Source: Phoronis australis (lineage: Eukaryota; Animalia; Phoronida). From it: a stretch of DNA of 64,000 nt. This document shows, piece by piece, positions 54,201-64,000 of the stretch. The translations under genes and the position numbers were made by a program. Location: assembly GCA_002633005.1 (NCBI GenBank), contig NMRA01000057.1:118469-182468 (forward strand). Direction: 5' to 3'. Under the pieces are notes generated by a model. The model did no database searches and was not told the origin of the DNA. It was given only the letters and a program-made list of their open reading frames with translations. The first letter of the stretch is position 1; each line of letters starts with the position of its first letter.

Positions 54201-56833
54201 TTGATATTGGTAGCTGGTACAGTAGTTGACCGAAACCGTCACACAAATAAATAAGTGGATAATGTCAATCAAGCTATAAATTCTAGCCAATCAAGGCACT
54301 GGAAAATGTAAACACTACGATCGTCCACCATGTTGGACCACAAACGTTCGTTGCTAACGAAAGAAGGACCTGTTTTCGATGAACTTGGAACACTTACAGT
54401 GCAGATCAACGAGATACGATAACGAATGAAAAGTAATGCTTGCGGCCGGATATGAAACCTTGAGGCAGATCTCGCAATCAGCTGAAAATAGTGCTTGAAT
54501 GTCGGAGTAAACAAACCTACGGAAAGTGAAAGGAATTCACCATCCCAACTGTGCAAATGTTTTTTTTCTTTGCTAGCTCCCCAACTTAAAGTCCGCCGCC
54601 TGCACCCGCGCTGAGGAATGAGCATCCCGATTGACTGGTGTGCCAGTCGGGATACAGCCGTGTCGTTATCAGTTTGACAGTAGCAAGCCGATGTTCACAT
54701 AATCCAACTCTATTATTGTCTGCTTTCATCTGATAAGCTCACGTAATCCAGCAATTACAAACAGCGCGCCTAACGCTAACTGATTTTTACAAATACTATT
54801 TGCAAAACGACTTTATAACAAATGTCGTGAAGCAGAATGATGTGTTTTGTATGAAATACTTTCACTAAAAACACTTCGAATGGAGAAAAAAGGTTGGCGT
54901 TCAAAGAAATTAGACTTAATTTTCACCTGTAGATTCCTTTGTGTGACTGCAAGCTCTGACCAGCTTAATCACACTATTGTGTACCAACACAAAAGGCTTG
55001 CGTGACATTTTTAATTGAGCGTGATTCTAGATTAGATCGTGCTAGTGGAAAGTTCTTGAGTTCAGGAGAATTGTACGTAATGAAATAGTGGATTTCCGTT
55101 GGGTGCACTAATTAGTCTTTACAACAGGCCGTTTTGTAAATGCGTGGCTCTTGTCCCAATCTATTTCGATAAATCTCTCTAAACTATTAACAAAAGGATT
55201 CAACCTGTTTTCTTCTAAATTTCTTCTGTAACTGTTGATTTTTCGTTTCTAACTATGTTAGATAGGTTCACAACAGTGATCTTACTGTGTTGCAAATTCC
55301 AGCTCCTGGCACGATGTTGTGGCTATTCCAAGCAACTCCCGTTGGTTCTCTTTTCATTACCCAAAAGAACGCAGTCCCATTACACACGTATACCGGTATG
55401 TCCTAAATATCGTTCGTCATATTTGCAGATTTGATCTAGATTCCCGTACAGATAACTTCACGCCTCAATAGGTACAAAAAGCTACAAACCAGGTGGATGA
55501 ATCGAACAAACTTATCAAAATAACTCACCCGAAACATCCTCGACGCCTATTTTTAGAATTTAAAAGCTTACAATCAGCTGGTCACCACTAGCGAAGCATA
55601 TATCATTTGTGGTGGTGCGACAATGCTGTTCAGATCACTTCTCATAATATGTATTTATATATTATACGTCAGGTGATTTTTTGCGTTTGTTTGCCAAATC
55701 ACAAGGACAGGTGCAAGCATGCGCAGTCAAAATACCAAACATTAAATGTCATCAATGCGTCTAACATACTTATTTCCTGCCTATTTAACGTTTTTCGCAT
55801 CATTTTACTTGTCACGGAACACGGAATTTCATAAGAAAAAGTCGATAAACTAAATCAAAAAAATTTTTCGACGGCACAGACGGGCTTGTAGCTGATTTGC
55901 AAAATTAATTTTTGACATCGGATCGAGACATCAATTACCGACTTTGGACCTCTGTCCACAAACTCCGATTGTCGTATACGACTTTGGACCACTGTCTACA
56001 CATTACGACTCTCGGGTACGACTTCGTATGCGATTTTTTACTTTTTTAGTTAGCCGTAAGAAAGGTCGCACAATCTTACTGATAACGTTATAAGTTGAAT
56101 AAGAATTATTTGAAACGACATTAGAAAGCACAAGACATCGACACGTAGCTATCTGAAACGAAGTGTGTATCTCGGTATCAATCAACAACTGTTGCTCATC
56201 TTTAAGGACAGTTTAAAGCAATAAGTAATGTTACAAGCTTGGAGACACTTACCTGCTGCATTAAAAAGTCTGTTCAGGTGAAGATAAGTTAGTCGGCGTA
56301 AACGGTAAGGTGTGTCATTCTTACACAATGCCGTGCCTTTGTTGCGCGCCAACATGCAGTGTGCTGTAAAGCGAATGCACAGTATGACATTGATGGAACA
56401 GTGAGGTTCGACTAGGAAGTTGAACAATACAGGGTGGCGAGAAAAATCAAGGTTTTCCTTGATGTCCCTGTGGAAGACAATGAATGGCATAGATGAATGT
56501 GTTCCTATATTTAGAGTAGACTGGATTCTAGTCTTACTTGTTTTACTGTTACTGTTTCCCAGTCAATTTACAAGTAGAGGATCCATCCGCCTGAGAATTA
56601 AAAGACAAGGATTTCATTTCAACCTGAATGAAAACGACGTGATGTTATAGAGCACGGAAGTACGGGCAACTTTAAATTGAATGTTGTCATAGGTACGGGT
56701 TAAAATTTGCTTACTTGAATCTCTGAAATTACTGTTATAAAAACAATTTACACATCCATGATTTAATATCAACAGGAATGAGACATCCTAAAAATTTACC
56801 CCGGGGAACCCCTCATGCAAAATCTGTACTTAA

Positions 56834-57878
56834 AGAGTTCCCACCATGACCCCGTGTCTCAAAAAGAATTTTATTAATACATTATTAGCTTTTAGTATAC
56901 TTGTTCCTAAGAAGCCAGCCAAAAATTTTTAAAATATATATTTTTCTGTTATCGGGTTTGTACGTAATGGGTGAAAGACCGTCTCTGCCGTTGTTTTTAC
57001 CAGTGCGATACTGAGGAGTTGTGACGAAAGTCGGCGAAGAGACGCCTTTTTCAGACATGAAAAGGTGCATTTGTGGAGGCTGTAGTAACAGTAACTTGAC
57101 AGAGAACGTCCCTGTGTTCAAATTTCCTAAGTGAGGTGTACCTCACGAGAGTGGAATGTCAGCGTAGAACATGCGATTCAGTCGGGAGTCACACTTTGTT
57201 CGGCACATTTTAAGGACTCGTGTTTCGACCAAACACATAAACGGCGTTACGATGATGGACTCGCCACCTTGTAAGTGATTTTGCAAATTTTATAAATAAA
57301 GAACAAACTGCTTCCATTCTAGAGCGATTGATTCCAGGCCCCGGCCCAGATCCAGTGCTACGACACCTAGGCTAATGCATTGTGTTTAGACCGTGGGCTC
57401 ATTCCATCATGACGATAGTGGATACGAGTGACCCAGCTTTACTGTGGCCTTTGTCAGTGTCTATTTTGTCAAAATTGACCACCCGTTGGTTCAGTTGGTT
57501 GTGGCTCACATGTCTGCAGTATTTCTCGTGCAAGTGAGTCGAGTTCATACGGCCTCAAAACCGAGGAAAGTACTTGAGTAATACCCGCATTCTCTCTCTT
57601 CTCTATTTGAATATTAATAATTGTACAGTTCTCTCTCAAAATTGTTCTCGTCTTCTGATCAGCTGTGTTCCGCCATTGCAATTGATTGTCACGTGACCAA
57701 ACGTCTTCCATCCATTACACCACTTGACGGGAAACTTGGAAATAACTAATTTTTCTTCAAAATTAAAAAATCGCGACTATTTGGCATAAAAAGAGCTTAT
57801 TTAGTTAGATTTTATGGTATTCGTTTCATATTAGTTAAATGAAACCTCAAAACTAAGAAAATGTATGGTGGGAACTCT
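56834..57878 (+). mobile_element. Kolobok-type element, 1045 bp, with a THAP-domain relic
   Basis: Perfect 14-bp TIR AGAGTTCCCACCAT. TTAA at 56830-56833 and 57879-57882. From ATG 57057: MKRCICGGCSNSNLTENVPVFKFPK*...REW...LCSAHFKDSCFD, the THAP C2CH signature, disrupted. Confidence 0.85.
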
Positions 57879-58683
57879 TTAAAATAAATTAAATAATCTA
57901 CGTATTCGTTGGGTTGCTGCTTGACTAACATTATTTAAATGGAAAACAATTTTTCCTTGTCACCTAAAGGGATGTTTTCAGCATTAATTACCGTTTCCCC
58001 CGGCCCTCTAGTGTACAATGCGAGCAACTACAGAAAAGTGACATAACGGCACAGCATCTTACGTCAGAATTCACTTGATTAAAATATACAAGGACCGAGT
58101 GACAGTTGAACAGTCTTTGTTAGTTATTGATTTTGCTCAATAGAAGTTAAAGTGGACACGAGAAGTGGGCCTTTTGCTGCACCGTTTACGTTTAACTTTT
58201 CTACTGTTGCATGCGCAAGGAAACAGTAATTAATCATGAAAGATGAATCTTTCAGATAATCAGAGATTTTTAGTTTTTGTAAACGAAACATTAAAAACTT
58301 TTCATTCTCCTTTAAAACCTGACAACTGACACGCAACCCAAGATAACAAATTATTGAAAAATGTAAAGTAAATCTGTGGCATTGGCACTTGATAGAAATG
58401 CTGCATTTGAAGAATAGAGATACATTTATCACTGTGGCTATGACAGATATGAACGGAAAGGTTTTATTTTTGTAATCCGATGTGAAAAGAAATTGTCTTC
58501 CTTCGCCAGGGAACAAAGAGCACAGAAAATAGATCTGATTAAGCTTAATTTTACACAAAATGTGGTTTACGATTGACTACTTATGATGAAGACTTTAGCT
58601 CGTTCTTGGTCGTGTGCTCGTACCTGGTAACACTGAATCGCCTGCCTTTTATAGCTGAGACTACATGTAACCCGCATAGTTAA

Positions 58684-59585
58684 AGGCGGCTACCCTTTTT
58701 CATGTCATTGTTAGCAAAAATAAGGTTCATTGATTATTCCAGACATATTTTTCAGTAAATTGCAGCTTTTTGTAATTTAAACAATTATTCGTCCTTTACT
58801 CCGGAAGTGACGTTTTAGGAGGCAAGTATTTCGCGCCAATTTCTTTCCATGTAGTCTAACTGTTAGAGCTGCCGAGTCAGTCATTGTTCTACCTCTGTTG
58901 TGATTAGTCCTGTCGTCGTTTGCTTTTGTTTACGAGTCAGCCACACTGTTGCTGCGAACTGAGATGTACTCATTATCGTTTCACGGACAGAGGAACAATT
59001 GTCGCACTTGCCCGAGTTTCCCGCAACACACTCCCACTGGATGGTGACCTGAGCACACAAACTGCTTACATCCCGCCGTGTGACTCCCTCACCACAAACC
59101 TGGCACCTTCTAAATAGCTCCAATACTTTAGACAAGTCCTCAATAAACTTATCAAAGTTTTGCTCACCGATCTATTCGTCGGACGACGAACTGTCCTCTT
59201 CACTGGGTGTCGAACGAGGCCTGTATTCACTCCCTCTACTCAACATCGCAGCAGGGCTGCTTACAGGCTCTGGGAGATAATGAGTACATCCCGGTACACA
59301 GCAACAGTGTGGCATGTTGACTGACTCGTAAACAAAAGCAAACGACGACCGAACTTGCCACAGCCGAGGTACATGTATAACAATGACTGGCTCGACAGCT
59401 CTCACAGTCGCACTACATAAAAAGAAACTGGCGCGAAATTCTTGCCTCCCAAAACGTCATTTCCGGAGTAAAGGACGAATAATTAATTAAATTACGAAAA
59501 ACTGTAATTAAGTGAAAAATATGTCTGGGATAATCAAAGAACCTTATTTTTGCTAAAAATGACACGAAAAAGGTTGCTTCCCCCT
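58684..59585 (-). mobile_element. Kolobok-type internally deleted element with ~175-bp TIRs
   Basis: Long inverted arms (aattattcgtcctttactccggaa.tgacgtttt.ggaggcaag.atttcgcgcca). TTAA on the left, CTAA on the right. The minus strand has MPHCCCVPGC (THAP start) fused to an acidic linker and KFIEDLSKVLELFRRCQVCG...QWECVAG (Kolobok transposase zinc-ribbon-like), with an in-frame stop. Confidence 0.8.
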
Positions 59586-61871
59586 CTAACAAACAGCTTC
59601 ATGCTTCTGTTCCGAAGCAACAAAGACCTCACATTCCTTGCCATGTTTAGAAATCATGTCTAATCTGAGTACGGAACGTCGTGAGACTTTTTAGAAGAGT
59701 GAGTGATTTTAATAAAAAAACTGACTTTTGTCAGATGACGCGGTTTTAGTGCCCCTTTCGGTTCGTTTTTTTCTGTTATTTAGTGCCTTACTTTATTATC
59801 AATTTTGCTTATTGTTCATAACTCGTTCACCCTGTTCATTTGTTTCGCTATATTTACTTTGAAATTGTTATTTATTCATGATCATTATATCCGCATCATT
59901 TACGGGTGGCTCTGAGGTCAGCGGGCTGAACGTCCTCATCATGACCTCAAGTCCCGACACCAATTATGTATTTATTATTCGTTTTGAATATCATATGAGG
60001 TAAAACACAGTTACTAGTCATCACTACCTCTGCTATTGATGCTGTTGCTTGTGCTTCCACCGGAACGGCTATGAATGATTTACATCCATTTTCGATTAAA
60101 GGTAACACGCCCCAACAGTCAACTTGGACGTTTAACACCATTGTTTTCAACTGTGACCTTGTCAAGGTTGCACAAAACTTTGTAAAAGTATTAGTTCGGA
60201 AACGTTTTATTGTTCTTGCCAGTCATTTGAATTATTCAACGCTCGCAGCATAAGACGGGGCAGTGTGATTGCACTGTATAATGTCGACGTTTGTCATAAG
60301 CGTGCTCAGATTCTAATTTTCTTTGCTCAAAAACATTCTTACTGGTGTCGAGTGGTTATCTACGTACTTAATCTTTAACATTGTTGTAATCCATGATGGT
60401 TCACGAACTTAAGACCGTTACTGGAATGCAAGAAAGTTTGTCTCTCGTATTATATTTCACGGTATTTATTCAGCTTATTTGCTAGGTTTATTGTGCGCGT
60501 ATACTATGTCAAAGATAACAAGTTGTAAGACGCCTGACATTTTAGACAAAGCGAGTTAAAGACATCGGTACATTCCTGATCAGGTCTAAATCCTTCCAAC
60601 TATGTTATTCAGTAAATGATTATAACTCAAAGTTGCATTTCGCCCTCTTTGACTAGCTAAAAACCAATTGGGGCTTTTTTGTTCTCATAAAACCGGTCTG
60701 ATAGTACAGGTCTTTCCGTGATAGGATTGTATTCCCGTCACAGGCTATGCGTAAACTACGTGTATGTTCTCCATCTTCGAGTTCGCAATTTTAGGGTTTC
60801 TCAACTCCGGTAGACTCTAAAGCGTTTTCTTCTTGTGTCGCTGATGATGTGAAGTTCTTGTTGGTGACGGAAATGCAATGCTATCACAGTAACCAACAAC
60901 AAGAATTGATTTTATGAGAGTTAAAGACCTTATTTGATTTTCGCTTTCCTTTTTAGAGATCGTGTGCGCAATTCTTGCGAGAGGAGTGTCATTTTGAAAA
61001 ATACTTTTGCCAAATTAATGGCCCTATCACAAAAGGTCACTATAAGAGCATTTTGTGATTTCATTATTGTATTGTTTTACATTTTCTTACCACAGAAATT
61101 TGAAAATTTTATTTAAAATTTTTTTAAATTATTTCGCGTATTCCGAGAATACTCGACAACGCATTCTTGTTTTGATATTATTATCTTTTGAACTATGTTG
61201 CTTGATGTTTCGTTTAAGACATAACTGAAACAGAAAAATGTGCGTTTTTACGCGTAGGCCAATGCCTATGTGAAACACTGTAGAAAAGCCTTTCCAAAAT
61301 GGAAAACGTTGGCTTGTATTCAACTTAAAAGGAAACCGTAAACGAAAGAGTAATTCCGTGAGGAACCAGTGATGAATGCACGAAACAGTCCCAAATAGGA
61401 ACTCAACTGAGTTCCCTGAATGAATTGCGTATTTGCGGGGTTATGAAAACAGTGGTTGTATTTTCTTGTGATGTTTACTAAGTCAATTTTTGACTTTGAT
61501 ACAACTCGAGAGTGAACTCTACGTTGAATTCTCAATATTATTGAAAATATGTAGAGATATTTTCATTCAACGCCCCGAATTTGAACTAAATCCCCAATTA
61601 TTTTGACTGAATTAAGGGTTCAATTTTTAGTTATACTATTAGAAAATATTATTACTCAAAGATGAGCTGATAATCAAGATAAAATATAGAAAAATATTAC
61701 ATCTGAGATTAAAGAATGAAACAAACACGCAAAAGATTTATGAAACTTAGTTGAGTACTTATTTGGAACTGTTTCACTGGAACCCCCGCAGTCTCAGCCA
61801 AACGTTTTGCTGGTACCGCTAAATCCCAGTCGATAAATGGCAGAATATTTTAAGCGTATCAAACTAGTAAA

Positions 61872-61953
61872 GCCCCTCGGGCGATAATTCTCCAAAATCC
61901 ACTCGGGCTCTAGATAACGAGGGATAACGACTTCGCCATGTAATAATCTATAT
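61872..61953 (-). mobile_element. Terminal 82 bp of the same Crypton-like family as 4845, in inverted orientation
   Basis: The reverse complement matches 4845-4926 at all but 2 positions, by eye. Confidence 0.8.
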
Positions 61954-64000
61954 GTATCCTATTCCGTATCATACCCAACAATAATCACAAGAAAGCGTAT
62001 TTCGGTCGTAAAACCGGTAATGTCCACTTAACACCAAACATTAGATGAAAAGAACCGAGAAACCAGAAAAACGGAAATATACCCGTTTTACGATATATAC
62101 ATTGGATAGTCGTCTGTGTTTTTACAGGAAAGTTAGGTACATGCGCAAATATACATTTGAAACACATGAGCAAAACATTCTTTGAAAAAAACGCATAATT
62201 TTTTATATTTTATATACATTGTATAAGGTCATTTAGGACCACGTGAACCCGCTACTACATCCGAAATTAGGCACATTTATCAATGTTTGAAAATTTTTGA
62301 GAGAAAGGAGGAGCAAATTTTCAAATTTTCAAAATATTATGAGTCATAATTTCAGTGACATACTTTACAACACGGTAGACGTCGACATGACTCCCAATTT
62401 AGTATCAACTATTAAATGAACGTGTAAAAAACACCTAGGTTAGTGATGCAAAAACCAAAGATTATCCACCTGCAACTTTATGCAAAACACTTGAGATTTA
62501 ATTGTTATAAAACGCGTCATTTCGACTAAGTACATATGGGAAGGGCTTTAAATAGGTGCATATACGGTAATCCTATAACCTTACATAGGCGCCTATACAG
62601 TAGTGGCGCTGAACAGTGGAGGTCTTGTGTAAGTTCCGGTTTAATTTCCACTTTCTACAACATTTAGTCCAACTGTGCTATCAACCACTGGCAAATTTAC
62701 TGGGGTTCGGGTTGTGCTCTCCTCTCCCTAAATAATAGACCTCTGTTGCAAAAATACGTTATTTCTGTCGTTATTATCTGATGAGTAACATTGGCTGATT
62801 TGGAATGTCACGAGGAGGACAACAAAAATTTCCAACGGAAAACGGTAGCAATAAGTTAAATGGTACGCCTCAGGCGGAGGAGGGCCATGACAGATCTATG
62901 ATCGCCTAGTCTGTTCACTTAGACATTGTTAAAGGTATGATAATAAATCACCATGTATTGCAATAACTCGATTCATTAGCAGCACTTTTTCATTTCTCTG
63001 TATTCATTTTGTCTCTTCTGCTTTGATTGATCGGTTTTAATATCTTGCTGGTCGGTTATTTTCCATTAGATATGTTTTTGAAGAAACGAAACATTTGGAC
63101 TATGAATACCAATCCCCTTGTTGGTTTTCCACATGTAGTATTGAAGTTATTCATAAATATGTAATAAGGACTCTGTTATTGGACACAGCAGATTGAGAGC
63201 TACGTTCACGTCAAGGCGAGATCAGTTTAATGAAGTGGTGGCTAGTTCATTGCATTATTGTACTTTCAGGTCTTGACGTGAGCCTCACTGTCAGTTCAGC
63301 TACCATTCACTTGAGGCAGTCAGCTCAGCTTGTAACTTCCCGTATGCATTGACCTTAGTTATGTTACTTGACGATTACAGTCACTGGAGACAAAAACAAT
63401 TTGTGCCGTGATCCATTACGTGTGTTCTGAACCTATGCGCATTCTGTCCACTTCAGCCCAATGGTTCAAAACGGAATTAAAGGCAGTTTTTACATACAAG
63501 TGTTCAAGCTAGGTTTAAGATCGTAATTCTGGTCTTAAGAATTTAAACATCTGTGGTTAAATAAAAAGACTGCTTAAAATAATATCTAAATAAAAAAGTT
63601 GAACCAAGGCCTGGTGTCTGATCTATATACTCCAAGTCGAACTAGAAATTATTTTTGACATTTTCTATTCTACTTTTGTACGAACTCAAGATAAGTGTTT
63701 ATCATTCTGTGTTGAGTACATCATGGTTTATGCATATGAGTTTGTAGTCCAGGTTCGCGCTTGATGGCCCTTAAGTTCGAGCTACAAATTCGAGAAAATA
63801 CTGAGATGTCGAGTAAAAACTCGAAATTTCGAGATGAAACTAGAAATTTTAGCTTTAATGCTGTTGTCATCAAATACAAAGTAGGATTAGACAGTTATTC
63901 GCGCAAGTCATTATGTACTTGAACATAGAGTCATAGACACTTATCTTGAGTTCGCACAAAAGTAGAGCAAGTCACATTAATTAGACTTCCGGAAAATTAT

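Overview
This is AT-rich animal genomic DNA, not prokaryotic. It is probably a marine invertebrate, which I infer from its repeat families and spliced gene structure. Almost all ORFs in the supplied track are spurious. One protein-coding gene can be rebuilt by hand on the minus strand, from about 47007 down to about 16142. It has 20 GT-AG exons with consistent phases (2664 nt, 888 codons) plus an uncertain tail exon. The product is an adhesion GPCR of about 960 aa: signal peptide, Ig-like domain, C-type lectin-like domain, S/T/P-rich and basic linker, GAIN/GPS, then a 7TM region that resembles the ADGRD/GPR133 group. The introns and flanks hold many transposons, often nested, several with readable TIRs and TSDs. 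These include a decayed Academ, three TTAA Kolobok-type elements (two with THAP relics), a Harbinger derivative, an IS3EU-type element, a 9-bp-TSD foldback MITE, a Penelope-like GIY-YIG fragment with an inverted pLTR, Crypton-like palindromic ends, a SINE fragment and several Helentron-associated (HINE/DINE-1-like) elements. The most notable observations are: (i) the HINE tandem repeats carry co-oriented CTCF-consensus motifs about every 150 bp; (ii) the receptor has an Ig + CTLD ectodomain and an HT|T GPS; (iii) near-identical 82-bp inverted ends 57 kb apart bracket the gene; (iv) an inverted MITE pair flanks a frame-preserving exon block. A 665-N assembly gap lies in intron 1. All family assignments are by eye; no searches were run.
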